From Mobula hypostoma (lineage: Eukaryota): DNA of 64,000 nt. Positions 25,873 to 39,800 of this stretch are shown here, piece by piece. The stretch is from NCBI RefSeq assembly GCF_963921235.1, contig NC_086108.1, forward strand, positions 105,898,001 through 105,962,000. The letters run 5' to 3'. Made by a program: the position numbers and the translations under genes. How positions within the stretch are numbered: the stretch's first letter is position 1; every line of letters begins with the position of its first letter. Below the pieces are notes generated by a model, which searched no databases, was not told the origin of the DNA, and saw nothing but the letters and a program-made list of their open reading frames with translations.

Positions 25873-27356
25873 CAATCTGCAAAAGTACAACAAGATCATC
25901 CACCTTATTTCTTATACTCTGTGCATTGGGGTGTAACACTTTATTTGCTACCCTTTTTGATTTTGCATCCCTAATGCACTGATACTCACCCTGCTGGCTG
26001 CAATTTTGTCCTCTCATCTTCCTGCCCTTCCTGACAGTCTGACTGCATGCTATCTTTGCTTTTCAACCATCTTTACTGTCCTGAGGCCCTTCACTCTGGT
26101 TCCCATCCCCTGCGAATTATTTTAAACCCCCACTAACAAACCAGCCCATGAGAATATTGCTTCCACTGGGGTTCAGATGCAACCTTTAGTTTTGTACAGG
26201 TTTACTCTTCCCAGAAGTGATCCCAATGATCAAAGAACCTGAAGCCATGTCCCCTACACCAGCTCCTCAGCCATGCATTAATCTGCCAAATTACTCTGTT
26301 TCTACCCTGGCATAGGTAGCAATCTAGGAATTTAGTGCCCTGATGTCCTGCTTCTCAGCTTTCTGCCTAGCTCTTTAAATTCACTCTTCAGAACCACTTT
26401 GCTTTTTCTTCCCATGTCATGGGTACCAATATGTACAAATTCATCTGACTGTTCTCCAACCCCTTCCTAAATGCTGTGGACGTGATCCGAGTCATCACTG
26501 ACCCTGGCACCTGGGAGGCAACATACCATGTTGGTGTCCTGTTCACATCCACATCCACAGAATCTCTTGTCTGTTCCTCTAACTATTGAGTCCCCTATCA
26601 CTACCGCTCCCCTCTTCTGCACCACAGACCCATGTTCAGTGCCAGTAACCTGGTTTCCATGGCATTGCCCTGGGAGGTCATCCCCCACGACAGTATCCAA
26701 AACTGTATACTTATTATTGAGGGGAATGGCCACAGGGGTGCCCTATGCTAACTGCCTATTCAACTTCCCATTCCTTCTGACTGTCACCCAGCTACCCACC
26801 TCCTGCAGCTCAGGGGTGACTACTTCGCTGTAACTCTGATTGATGATCTCCTCACTCTCCCGTACAAGCTGAAGCTCATCCAGCTGCTGCTCCAGGTCCT
26901 TCACACGGTCTTCAAGGAGCTGCAGTTGGATGCACTTCGCGCAGATGTAGTTCCTTGCGAGATTCTGGGTCTCAGGACTCCAACATCAGGCATGAAGAAC
27001 ACACAACGGCCATTTGAATTACACTAAGTACCCCTGACACGGTAAGGGAAAAGGGAAACTTAATAGAAGCTTACCCAGAGCCAACGCCTCTTCTGAACTG
27101 ACGCCTCCTTGTGAGCCAAAGCCTGATGCTCTCACTGTCACCACTGGCCCTGCTTGCCTCTTTTGTACTTTTATTTCCTCCACTCTGCACTGCTCCTTCC
27201 ACTGATTGGGCCACCAGAATGACACCGGATGCCTGCAAGATTCTCCTTTTAAACAAGCGCTGCCAACTTGTGAGTAACCTCCTCGCTGTGCGCTGTTCCT
27301 GCCACTGATTGGGCCTGCCGGATGCTGTTTGACCTGCTGAGTTCCTCCAGCATTTT

Positions 27357-28035
27357 TTTTAGATTATGAGAACACTCAGTCCTCGTTTCTTGTCATTTAG
27401 AAATGCATACATGCATTAAGAAATGATACAATGTTCCTCTGGAGTGATATCACAGAGAAACAGGACAAACCAAAGACTAACACTGACAGAACCACATAAT
27501 TACAACATATAGTTACAGCAGTGCAAAGCAATACCATAATTTGATAAAGAACAGACCATGGGCACGTTAAAAAAAAAGTCTCAAGTCCTGATCGACTCCT
27601 GGGTCTCCGATAGCAGGCGGCAAAAGGGAGGAACTCCCTGCCATAAACCTCCAGGCACCAACAACTGCCGATGCATTGGAAGCACCCAACAACAGCTGAC
27701 ACTGAGTCCATCCATCTGAAAACTTCAAGCCTCCAACCAGCCCCTCCAATACCGCCTCCCGAACGCCATCCTCTGCTGAACGCCTTTGACCTTGCCCCAG
27801 CCGCCGAAACAAGCAAAGCCGAGGATTTGGGGCCTCCTGCTCTGGAGATTCCAGACCACACAGTAACAGCGGCAGCGAAGCGGGCATTTCAGAAGTTTCT
27901 CCAGATGTTCCTCTGTATTCTCACATCTGTCTCCATCAAATCAGATTTGTGCACGGTACCCTACTTGACAGATTACAGATATCATTCACCGGAGAGACTG
28001 AGCGCACTGTGTCGTGCCACCATCTTCTCCTCCTC
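27357..28035 (-). mobile_element. Non-autonomous retroposon with A-rich tail
   Basis: Flanked by CATTTT duplication (27351-27356 / 28036-28041); 5' head ggaggagaagatggtggc; no coding capacity. Confidence 0.55.
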
Positions 28036-28194
28036 CATTTTGTGTGAGTTACTAATTATTCTCCACTGCAAGTTTGTAAACCAGTTGTTGTAGCTGACAT
28101 ATCTAAGAGTGAGAAAAAGACAAGACCTTAACGTGAATCACAATCAGCGTAGTGAATTGGAGATCCATAGTGTTCTATTGCCAAGGTAGGTTTA

Positions 28195-30880
28195 GGGTCA
28201 GAATTGGAATCACTTTATTTCCAGTACGTGAAACATACAAGAATTGATTGTGGTTCAGTGCTAAACATAAAACACAGGACAGTATCATACAGACAACACA
28301 AAAGCAACCAACAATTTACAAGACTGTAGTACAAACAGCTGTGAGCAATCAACAATTAGCAGAATGGTCACATACGCGAATATCAACAATCAAATTCAAA
28401 TCAATATGAACATATGAACAAACTCAATAATGATCAATGGAACAAGGAGAACAGGAAAGACTACTTAATAGATGTTGTGCAGGGACAGTACACTAGAGTG
28501 ATTATTGTTGAGAAGCTGGATAGCTACAGGAAAGAAGCTTCTGAGATGATGTGTAATCCTGGTGGTGATGGACTTGTAGCATCTCCCTGATGGCAATTTA
28601 ATGAATAGGTGACTGTTAGATTGGGTGGAGTCAGCAATAATTTACCAGCTCTTTTCTTCACTGTGGCAATGAACAGGCCTTTTATCGTCATTCCCAGTTG
28701 GCGAGAAGTGCTGTGGAGAGATGTATAACATCTTAATAAGCTGTAAGTATGTGTAATCCTTGTACAAAGATAGCTTGATTGTAAAGGTGGTTTTGTTTAA
28801 TGAATCTAATTAATTTTTTTTTGAAAAGGTAACTAATGTGGTAGATAAGAGACCATGAATGAATGTTGTTTGTACAAAATCCCAGAAGATTCCGGAGGAT
28901 GTTGATAAATGAGAGCACATGGATTGCAGCTAAACCTTTGTTGTCAGGATGGGAAATTCAGCATATTCCTTTTAACCCTCTCCAGTTTTACAGACGCGCC
29001 ACTGAAGGCTTCTTATTCAATTGCAAGAAGTGAGTATGGCCTGGATGGTGAGTGTCCTTCATGATGGATGTTGCTTTCTTGCGTTGGCACTCCTTGTAGG
29101 TGCGCTTAATGGTGGGGGTGGCTTTACCTGTGATGGACTGAGCTGTATCCACTGCTTTTTGTAGGCTTTTCCATTCTTGGGCATTGGTGTTTCCATACCA
29201 GGTCATGATGCCAACAGTCAGGATACTGTCCACTGAGCATCTATAGACATTTGTTAAGGTTTTTAGATGATATGAAATTTCTAAGGAAGTTGAGGTGCTG
29301 CCCTACTTTCTTTGTAACGAGATTTACATGCTGCGCCCAGGACAGATCCTCTGAAAAGATAACCCAAAGGAATTGACCAATGAATTTAGGACTTTCCTCC
29401 TCCTGTAGTCAGTAATCAGTTCTTCATTTTTGCTGACTTTGAGTGAGAGGTTGTTGTTGTTGCACCACTCATCCAGATTTTCAATCTCCCTCCTACATGC
29501 TGATTCATCCTCACCATTGATTCGGCCTACGACAATGGCGTTGTCATCACCATTGGTCTATGATGAAACCAGCCTCTCCTCCATGGACTGTGTCTACACT
29601 TCTTGTCGGCAGCATATTCAAAAATCTCTCCCACTCTGAACGTTGTCTCTTCTGTCCAGTTCCATGGGGCAGAAAGTACAAAGGGCCTGAAAGCATATAC
29701 CACAAGACTGAAGGACAGCTTCTATCCTGATGTTATAAGACTCTTCAACAAACCTCTTGTACATTAATGATGAACTCCTGACCTCACAATCTATCTCACT
29801 GTGACCCTTGCACCTTAACCCCCTGTATCAGACACTTGAATGTACCTCTAGTGCGATATGATCAAAGTTCAAAGAAAATTTATTATCAAAGTACCTATAT
29901 GTTACCATATACAACCCTGGCACGTGGCCAAGTGGTTAAGGCATGAAACTAGCGACCTGAAGGTCATGAGTTCGAGCCCTAGCTGAGGGAATGTGTTGTG
30001 TCCTTGAGCAAGGCACTTAATCACACATTGCTCTGTGACGACACTGGTGCCAAGCTGTATGGGTCCTAATGCCCTTCCCTTAGACAACATTGGTGTCGTG
30101 GAGAGGGGAGACTTGCAGCATGGGCAACTGCTGGTCTTCCATACAACCTTGCCCAGGCCTGCGTCCTGGAGAGTGAAGATTTTGCAGGCACAGATCTATG
30201 GTCTTGCAAGACTAACGGATGCCTTTACAACCCTGAGATTCATTTTCTTGTGGGCATACTCAATGAATCTATAAAATAATAACCATAACAGAATCAATGA
30301 AATACCACCCATGTAGGGTGTTCAACCAGTGTATAGAAGACAACAAACTGTTCAAATATAGAAAGAAGAAATAATCATAATAAATAATAATAATAAAAAG
30401 AAGAAATAATAATAATAAATAACTAAGCAATAAGTAATAAGAACATGAGATTAAGAGGCATGAAAGTCAGTCCATTGGTTGTGGGAACATTTCAATGATG
30501 GGACTGGTGAAGTTGAGTGAAGTTCTCCACTCTGATTCAACAACCTGATGGTTGAGGGCAGTATCTGTTCCTGAAACTGGTGGTATGAGTTCTGAGGCTT
30601 CTGTACCTTCTTCCTGATGGGAACAGTGAGAACAGAGCATGTCCTGGGGGTGGGGTTCCCAGATGGTGGATGTTGCTTTCCAGTGACAGCGTCTTGTACC
30701 TTATCGTTTACTTACTCTGCACACTTTCAGAAGCTTTTACACTTTATTCTGCATTGTTATTGTTTTACGTTACTCTAGCTCAATGCACCGTGTAATGATT
30801 TGATCTGCATGAACAGTATGGTAGACAAGCTTTTCACTGTATCCTGGTACATGTGACAGTCATAAATCAATATTAATATC
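28195..30880. mobile_element. Cluster of old Rex1/Babar-like fragments in both orientations
   Basis: ORF 29233-28988 (SILTVGIMTWYGN...HPGH); Rex-type tails. Confidence 0.55.
29920..30225 (+). mobile_element. tRNA-derived SINE, complete
   Basis: A box TGGCCAAGTGG, B box GTTCGAGCC, gtgtccttgagcaaggcactt body; 10-bp TSD TACAACCCTG (29910-29919 / 30226-30235). Confidence 0.85.
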
Positions 30881-31024
30881 AATACGAGCACTGCACTTGG
30901 CCTTGAAGTGTAACTATAACAATATGTTCTGCATTCCATTACTTCTTCTCCCTTGTCCTACCCCATGTACTTATGTTTGGAAATGGTCTGCATGGATGGC
31001 TTGTAAACTAAGTTTTTCACTGTA

Positions 31025-31395
31025 TCTCATCATCATCATGATGTATGATGTGGGCGAGAATAGTCTTCAATCTGACTTTAATCTGGCCTTACACTTTTCT
31101 CTATCCATGGCCATGTTTTGCCATTGCCTTCTTCTGGGCAGTGTCTTTACAAGATAGGTGACCCCAACTATTATCAATGCCCTTCAGGGATTGTCTGACC
31201 GGTATCAGTGGTCACATAACCAGGACTTGTGATATGCACCTGCTGCTCATGTGACCAACCAACACCTGTTCGCATGGTTTCACTTGATCCTGATCGGGGG
31301 GTTAAGCAGGTGCTGCAGCTTGCCCAAGGGTGACCTGCAGGCTAGCAGAGTGAAGAACTGCCTTACACCTCCTTTGGTAGAGACATATCTCCAAT
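31025..31395 (-). mobile_element. Short non-autonomous retroposon with (ATG)n tail
   Basis: catcatcatcat terminus; non-coding body. Confidence 0.45.
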
Positions 31396-31784
31396 CCATG
31401 ACCCTTTGTATCTCATACGTAGCTAATATGAAGGGGCACAACTTTAAGGAGCTTGGAAAAAAGTATGGGAGGAGCGGATGTCAGATGTAGTTTTTTTATG
31501 CAGAGGGTGGTGGGTGTGTGGAGGATTCTGTCAGGGGATGGTGGTAGAGGCAGATACATTAGGAATATTTAAGAGACTCTTAGGCACATGGAAGATAGAA
31601 AAATGGAGGGCTAAGTGGAAGGGAAGGGTTAGATCAATCTTAGAGTAGTTAAGATCAGTTGTCATAATAGTCAACCCACTAAGATACGTCCTACGGCATA
31701 ATTGTGGAAGTTGGAATCTTCAATGCTTGATTGAGGCTTTGGAAGGCCCACACCGGCCACTTTTGATCCCATGGAATTGGTAAG

Positions 31785-32100
31785 GAAGCAAGTCAGCCTT
31801 TTACTTCAGCCCTTCACCTCTTCCACATCTCACCTCCCATCTTTTCACTTCTCTCTTCATTCTCCCTCCCACACCCACACTCCTTCCCCCTCATCTGGTC
31901 TCACCTACTACCTGCCAGCCTGTACTCTTTCTCCTCCCTCATACCATTGTATCCTCGCTTCTTCCCCCTTCCACTCTAATCCTGCTGAAGAAACTTGGCC
32001 TGAAACATCAACTGCTTATTCATCTTCATAGATGTTATCTGACCTGTTGAGTTCCTCAAGCTTTTTGTGTGTATTGCTCTGGATTTCCAGCATCTGCAGA
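31785..32100 (+). mobile_element. Penelope-like pLTR, degenerate
   Basis: Similar to 15410-15654 and 6268-6364. Confidence 0.6.
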
Positions 32101-32514
32101 ATTAGCAAGTTACCCTTAACCCTAAGGAATTATCAAGGAAGAGGAGGAGACAAACAGATTTTCTGTTTCCTGAATAATGGGCTCTTCAGGAAGGGTATAG
32201 TGAGAGGGCGATCAGTCCTTTGATATCACAGCTGCTAAGTGTTATTTCTCACAAAGAACTGACAGAGTTTGTAATATTATGAGGGGCATAGATAGAGTAG
32301 ATGGAACTTTTTCCTAGGGTTGAAATGTCTCATATCATAAAACGTACATTTATGGTAATGGGGGGTAATTTCAAAGGGTATGTGAGGGGTAAGTTTTTTT
32401 CCACACGGAGTGATAGGTATCTGGAAAGAGCTGTTTGGGGTGGTATAGGCAGATACATCAGAGAATTTTAATTTAGGCATATGAATGTGACTATAATGGA
32501 AGGATATGGACATA

Positions 32515-32926
32515 GTGTCCTCCAAGAGGAACACAATCATCATAGGGTTTGGAGGCTTGCGTGTCTCAATGACCTGGACAGCTATGTTGGCTGGAGTCAG
32601 GGCTTTATGCTTTGGTTCATGGTAGGGTCACCCATACCAAACAGGTCAAAGGGAATAGGCCAGACTAAGAGTGGTCCGCCGGTCCTCTACTTTGGGGGGT
32701 TCAGCTCTCGGCTAGCAACCCTGACTGGTCAAACAGTATTGTTGCCAAAACAGCAAGGAGGAATCCTTCTACACCTGAGTGCAGTGGTATTGCTGACTCT
32801 CCACCCGGGCCTTGCATGGTTGGCAGTAGTGAAAACTGAGCTGTTGACACAATGAAAGAAGCCCTGAGCTCCGCCAGAGATGGTGGACCTTCATTGCTGC
32901 CCTAGACACTAGCAGCGTTACGGGTA
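32515..32926 (+). mobile_element. Bipartite non-autonomous RTE (5' UTR head plus ORF 3' end)
   Basis: RTE-like head (ggtagggtcaccc...aaacaggtc; gggttcagc..ggctagcaaccc) joined to RWWTFIAAL-like terminus. Confidence 0.5.
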
Positions 32927-34052
32927 GACCGTAAGACCATAAGAGAAAGGAGCAGAAGCCGGCCTGTTGACCCATCGAGTCTGCTCTGCCATTTTATCAT
33001 GAGCTGATCCATTCTCCCATTTAGTCCCACTCCCCCGCCTTCTCACCATAACCTTTGATGCCCTGGCTACTCAGATACCTATCAATCTCTGCCTTAAATA
33101 CACCCAATGACTTGGCCTCCACTGTTGCCCGTGGCACAAATTCCATAGATTCACCACCCTCTGACTAAAAAAATTTCTTCACATTTCTGTTCTGAATGGG
33201 CGCCCTTCAATCCTTAAGTCATGCCCTCTCGTACTAGACTCCCCCATCATGGGAAACAACTTTGCCACATCCACTCTGTCCATGCCTTTCAACATTCAAA
33301 AATGTTTCTATGAGGTCTCCCCTCATTCTTCTAAACTCCAAGGAATACAGTCCAGGAGCGGACAAACGTTCCTCATATGTTAACCCTGTCATTCCCGGAA
33401 TCATTCTAGTGAATCTTCTCTGTACCCTCTCCGATGTCAGCACATCCTTTCTTAAATAAGGAAACCAAAACTGCCCACAGTACTCCAAGTGAGGTCTCAC
33501 CAGTGCCTCATAGAGCCTCAACATCACATCCCTGCTCCTATACTCTACTCCTCTAGAAATGAATGCCAACATTGCATTCATCTTCTTCACTACCGACCCA
33601 ACCTGGAGATTAACCTTAAGAGTATCCTGTACAAGGACTCCCAAGACCCGTTGCATCTCAGAACTTTGAATTCTTTCTCCATTTAAATAATATTCTGCCC
33701 ATTTATTTTTTTCTGCCAAAGTGCATAACCATACACTTTCCAACATTTGCCACTTCTTTGCCCATTCTTCCAATCTATCCAAGTCTCTCTGCAGACTCTC
33801 TGTTTCCTCAGCACTACCGGCCCCTCCACCTATCTTCGTATCATCAGCAAACTTAGCCACAAAGCCATCTATTCCATAATCCATAATCATTGATGTACAA
33901 TGTAAAAAGAAGCGGTCCCAACATGGACCCCTGTAGAACACCACTGGTAACTGGCAGCCAACCAGAATAGGATCCCTTTATTCTCACTCTCTGTTTCCTG
34001 CCAATCAGCCAACGATCTATCCATGTATGTAACTTTCCCGTAATTCCATGGG
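32927..34052 (-). mobile_element. 5'-truncated CR1
   Basis: ORF 33944-33234 (FADD, LVRPHLEYC); same subfamily as 47923-49899. Confidence 0.9.
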
Positions 34053-34623
34053 TAGTAAGTATGCACATTGTGTAGGCAGGAGGGATTAGTTTAGTTGGTC
34101 ATTTGATCTCTAATTTAATTGGTAACACACATTGTCTTGGGTTTTCAGCATCTGGAGATATTCTCATGTTTGTGATACTACTAATTTAATTGGTTGAGCC
34201 CAACTTTGTGGGCCGAAGGGCCTGTTCCTGTAATGTACTGTTCTGTATTCTGTGTGCTATGTAATTACAGGGCCTTCCACAAGTCCCACAGATTGGAGTA
34301 AATCGCTTTCGTTACTGAGATGGGCCACTTCTCCTTACAGGTTACTGTTGTCTGTTAACAATAAATAATATAATATATAAACCACAGAATTTCCCCTCCG
34401 CATTCTAATCTCTTCCTATTTTCTAACATGTGTTTGCACCTTTGGGCATTTCCCTCATCTGATTATTAAGCTATTACTCCCAACAATGCTGGGCTTTCTT
34501 AACTGAATGCAATATGTTCTTTTCATATTATTTTTTAATTCACTTTTATGAAGTTATTCTTCCACCTATAAGTCCATGGAAAATTATCCTCTCTCTCACC
34601 AAAGTGAAGGCTTTGCAGCTATT

Positions 34624-34742
34624 AGCAACACACACAAAATGCTGGAGGAACCCAGCAGGCCAGGCAGCATCTATGGGGAAGAGTAAAGAGTCGATGTTTC
34701 GAGCAGAGACCCTTGATCAGGACTGGAAAGGAAGGGGAGAGG
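34624..34742 (-). mobile_element. Penelope-like pLTR fragment
   Basis: caacacacacaaaatgctgg...caggccaggcagcatctat matches the 6159-6256 arm. Confidence 0.6.
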
Positions 34743-36668
34743 TGGCTCTACGGGTCATTGAGACACATAAGCTGTCAAACCCTGCATCAAGGTTGTGGTC
34801 CTCATGGAGGTGGGAAACAAAGTGGGGAAAGAAAAAAGATTTGACCAAACCTTGGCTCCTTTAAACCCTCAATATCACATGTGTACCATTGTGGTAAATA
34901 AGACAGACCCCTCTCAGGCTTGGAGGGAGAAAGGCTTTTAGCTCAACTATATTAATCAAAACAGGAATATAGATTAATCAATCATAAAACATAGAACATT
35001 ATAGCACAGTACAGGCCTTTCAGCCCACAATGTTGTGCTTACATTTTAACCTACTCTAGGATCAAACTAACACTTCCCTGCTACGTAGTCCTCCATTTTC
35101 CTGACATCCATTTGACTATCTAAGTGTTTCCGAAATGCCCCTAATGTATCTGCTATACCACCAGCCCTGGCAGGACATGCAACACCTACCACTCGCTGTG
35201 TAAAGAACTTACCTCTGCAGTCTCTCTTATACATCCTCCAATCACCTGAAAATGATGCCGCTTTGTATTAGCCTGCTATAAAGCACCTTTAACCCTTCGG
35301 AACGTTATGTCTCGTAGGGAAGATTATTAAACCAAATTTGGTGTAAAGACTTCATGTTGAAGGGAAGTTTAGAGTGGTATAGAGAATCCAGGCAATCAAA
35401 AGCATGCCCATTGCGGATGAAGAGGTGAAAAGTGGATGGATGAAAGAGGTCAAAGTCGGGAGGATGAAGTGATCTAGAGATGAGAAGAGCAACAAATAAA
35501 GTTGTCTCAACGAGCAAGCTGCTGTTACTTTACATAATGATCTGAAGTTCATCTTTCCCCAGATTACAACACCCCCTCCGATTGCATTTTCAAACTGGGT
35601 GAGAGGAGGTATGCTTTCTAGCCTGGTGAAGACACTGTTGTAATCTGAAAAATATGGATGATATGGCTGGTTTCTCATTTGAGAATGTGGGAACCTGCCT
35701 TTCAAAAACTGGTCATCTCATTTCTTATCGTGCAAACCTAAATTTCAAAAGTAATTTATTGATTGCAAAGTGCTTTTGAGAAGCCCAAGGATACGGAACA
35801 TAACTAATTCTTTTAAGATTAAGATTATGCAAAACATCTTGAATAATTTTATTGCTGCTCAGTTTTTTCTTAACCCTTGCTTCCTGGGTTGTGTTAACTC
35901 TTCAATAGGCTACAGTTCTGAATGTACACATCAGTGTAATGGTGTTTGGTTATAAGACCATAAGACCATCAGATATAACAGCAGAATTAAGCATTTTGCC
36001 TTTCACCCTTAACCCATGACCTCTAGTTGTGGTCCCACCCAACCTCAGTGGAAAAAGCCTGCTTGCATTTATCCTGTCTATACACCTCATAATTTTGTAT
36101 AGCTATATCAAATCTCCTCACAATCTTCTACATTCCAAGGAATGAATTTCTAACCTATACAATCTTCCTATGTAAGTCAGGATCTCCAGACCCGGCAACA
36201 TCGTTGTAAATTTTCTATATACTCTTTCAACTTTATTTACAACTTTCCTGTAGGTAGGTGCCCATAACTGCACACAATATTCCAAAGTGGACCTCACCAA
36301 TGTTGCGTACAACTTCAGCATAATATTCTGTCTACTGGACTCAATACTTTGATTTATGAATGACAATGTACAGAAAGCTTTCTTTATACAAGAACATACG
36401 AACATAAGATACAGGAGCATAATAAGGCCATTTGGCCCATCAAGTCTGCTCTGCCATTTCATCATGGCTGATCCAATATTCCTCTCAGTCCGTATCTCCT
36501 GCCTTCTCCCTGTATTCCCTCATGCCCAGACCAATCAAGAATCTATCAACCTCTACCTTAAATATACATAAAGACGGTCTTTACAGCTGCCTGTGGCAAA
36601 GAATTTCTCAGATTCACCACTTTCAGGCTAAAGAATTTTCTCCTCATCTCCATTCTAAAAGGACACTC

Positions 36669-36863
36669 TGTGGCGATGTGCTACACACAGCGTTAGAATA
36701 ACCACACGGAGTCGGTGAGTTAGTGTTGCGATGAAAGAGGTTTATTCAAAATTCGCGGCCCGCTTTAAAGCCTTCCCGTTCCCGCCCTTTTTGCTGCCGG
36801 CCCTCTGCCTGCGCGCGCTGTTTCGTGAGCCGGTTCGTGGGTGCCAGAAAGTGGGTTGCCACA
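36669..36863 (-). repeat. 3' LTR (195 bp, internally deleted)
   Basis: Direct repeat of 40679-40963 lacking 92 bp. Confidence 0.92.
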
Positions 36864-36869
36864 TAACCC

Positions 36870-39800
36870 CCCCCCCCCCAGAACCGGCGATACCTCCCCC
36901 AATGTCCACAGTCTGGATCGGCCTCTGTTTGGGAGGTCTGCCCCTGCGCCGCGGTGCCTGAGCCTGGACCAGCTGCGCCAAGTCCACATGGGCCGGTTTG
37001 AGTCGGTCCACCGTGAAAACCTCCTCTCTCCCCCCAATGTCCTGCACGAACGTGGACCCGTTGTTCCTGATCACCTTAAACGGCCCCTCATAGGGCCGCT
37101 GTAGTGGTGCCCGATGTCCGCCCCGTTGTACAAAAAGAAACTTACAGTTCTGCAGGTCTTTGGGTACGCAGGTCGGGCTCTGTCCGTGCTGTGAAGTGGG
37201 TATGGGGGCCAGGTTACCGAGCCTCTCCCGTAGTCTGTCCAGGACTGCTGTGGGTTCTTCCTCTTGCCCCCTTGGGGCTGGTATGAACTCTCCTGGGACG
37301 ACCAGGGGCGCGCCGTACACCAACTCGGCCGACGAGGTGTGTAGATCCTCCTTGGGCGCCGTGCGGATTCCGAGCAGGACCCAGGGAAGTTCGTCCACCC
37401 AGTTAGGCCCCTCCAGACGGGCCATGAGAGCCGATTTCAAGTGACGGTGGAAGCGCTCCACTAGTCCGTTCGACTGTGGGTGGTAGGCAGTTGTGTGGTG
37501 TAGCTGTGTCCCTAAAAGTCTGGCCATAGCCGACTACAGGCTGGAGGTGAACTGGGCGCCCCTGTCGGAGGTAATGTGGGCCGGTACCCCAAAGCGTGCT
37601 ACCCAGGTTGCGATCAGTGCTCGGGCGCAGGATTCGGAGGTGGTGTCGGTGAGCGGGACTGCCTCTGGCCATCTGGTGAACTGGTCTATCATAGTTAGGA
37701 GGTACCGCGCTCCTCGTACACTGGCAGGGGCCCCACGATATCCACATGGATGTGGTCGAACCTCCGGCGGGTGGGTTCGAACCGCTGAGGTGGAGCCTTG
37801 GTGTGCCGCTGCACCTTGGCCGTTTGGCACTGCATGCACATTTTGGCCCATTCACTGACCTGCTTACGAAGTCCATACCACACGAACCTGTTGGAGACCA
37901 GCCGGACGGTTGTCCTGATGAAGGGGTGCGCTAAGTTGTGAATGGATTCAAACACCCGCCGGCGCCAGGCTGCTGGGACGACGGGGCGGGGTTGGCCGGT
38001 AGCTACGTCACACAGTAGGGTCCTCTCACCTGGGCCTACGGGGAGGTCTTGAAGCTGCAAACCGGAGACTGCAGTCCTGTAACTGGGGATCTCAGCGTCT
38101 GCCTGCTGTGCCTCTGCCAGCGCTGCATAGTCCACCCCCTGGGACAGGGCCTGTATGGTAGGTCTGGAAAGTGCGTCTGCCACGACATTGTTCTTTCCAG
38201 AGACATGCCGGATGTCCGTCGTGTACTCGGAGATGTAGGACAGATGTCGCTGCTGGCGGGACGGCCAGGGGTCGGACAGCTTAGTGAACGCAAAGGTAAG
38301 TGGTTTGTGGTCTGTGAACGCGGTGAAGGGCCTACCTTCTAAGAAGTACCTGAAATGCCGGATTGCCAGGTATAGTCCAATAGCTCCCGGTCGAAAGCAC
38401 TGTATTTGAGTTCGGGTGGTCGTAGGTGTTTGCTGAAGAACGCCAGGGGTTGCCAGCGACCCTCGATGAGTTGCTCCAGCACTCCACCGACCGCTGTGTT
38501 GGATGCGTCCACCGTGAGGGCAGTAGGAACGTCCGTTCTGGGGTGCACTAGCATCGCGGCGTTTGCCAAGGCTTCTTTGGTTTTAATGAAAGCGGTTGCG
38601 GCCTCTTCGTTCCAGGTAATGTCCTTGCCCTTACCCGACATTAGAGTGAACAAGGGGCGCATGGTTCGGGCTGCTGAGGGGAGGAAACGGTGGTAGAAAT
38701 TCACCATACCCACGAATTCCTGCAAGCCTTTGATTGTGTTGGGTCGGGGGAAGTGGCGGACCGCATCTACCTTGGCGGGCAGCGGGGTTGCCACGTCTTT
38801 AGTAATCCTGTGGCCCAGGAAGTCGATGGTGTCGAGTCCGAACTGGCATTTGGCTGGATTGATTGTAAGGCCGAATTCACTCAGGTGGGAGTAGAGCTGG
38901 CAGAGGTGGGACAGATGCTCCTGCCGAGTACTGCTGGCTATGAGGATGTCGTCCAAATAGATGAGTGCAAAGTCCAGGTCGTGTCCCACCGCGTCCATTA
39001 GCCGCTGGAAAGTCTGTGCGGCATTCTTTAGACCAAACGGCATTCGGAGGAATTCGAAAAGTCAGAACGGGGTGATAAGTGCTGTTTTGGGGATGTTGTC
39101 CGGATGTACAGGGATTTGATGGTATCCCCGGACAAGGTCTACCTTGGAAAAGATGCTTGCGCCGTGTAGGTTTGCTGTGAAGTCTTGAATGTGCGGCACA
39201 GGGTAGTGGTCTGGCGTTGTAGCCTCGTTCAGTCTGCGGTAGTCACTGCATGGTCTCCAGCCCCCCCCCCCCCGGTTGCCTTGGGCACCATGTGAAGGGG
39301 GGAGGCCCATGGGCTGTTGGACCGTCGTATGATCCCTAATTCCTCCATCTTCTTGAACTCCTCCTTCGCCAGTCGGAGCTTGTCCGGGGGAAGCCTTCGA
39401 GCACGGGCGTGGAGGGGTGGTCCCTGGGTTGGGATGTGGTGCTGTACTCCGTGTCTGGGCATGGCTGCCGTGAACTGCGGTGTCAGTACTGATGGGAAAT
39501 CCGCCAGGACCCTGGTGAATTCATCGTCGGACAGCGTGATGGAGTCCAGGTGTGGGGCTGGCAACTGTGCTTCACCCAGGGAGAACGTTTGAAAAGTCTT
39601 GGCGTGGACTAATCGCTTCCCTTGCAAGTCGACCAGCAGGCTGTGGGCTCGTAGAAAATCTGCCCCCAGGAGTGGTTGGGCCACGACGGCCAGTGTGAAG
39701 TCCCACGTGAACCGGCTGGAGCTGAACTGTAGCCGCACTGTGCGGGTGCCGTAGGTTCGTATTGTGCTGCCATTAGCGGCCCTCAGGGTGGGTCCTGGTT

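Larger units (their letters stand above)
15655..27315 (-). mobile_element. Full-length degenerate CR1 hosting nested insertions
   Basis: 3' tail at 15655; ORF2 pieces at 15.7-16.4, 18.1-19.67, 20.54-20.93 and 25.87-25.95 kb are collinear. ORF1 has VIGDSIVR (SGNH) at 26467-26733; 5' UTR runs to ~27315. Confidence 0.75.

Noticed and set aside
29920..29990. tRNA gene (also ~43350 and ~9380)
   Set aside because: No full cloverleaf; these are SINE heads with body and tail.
35560..35650. 12-bp inverted repeat cagattacaaca and a plus-strand micro-exon candidate
   Set aside because: Short and isolated, and the strand conflicts with the other exon candidates.
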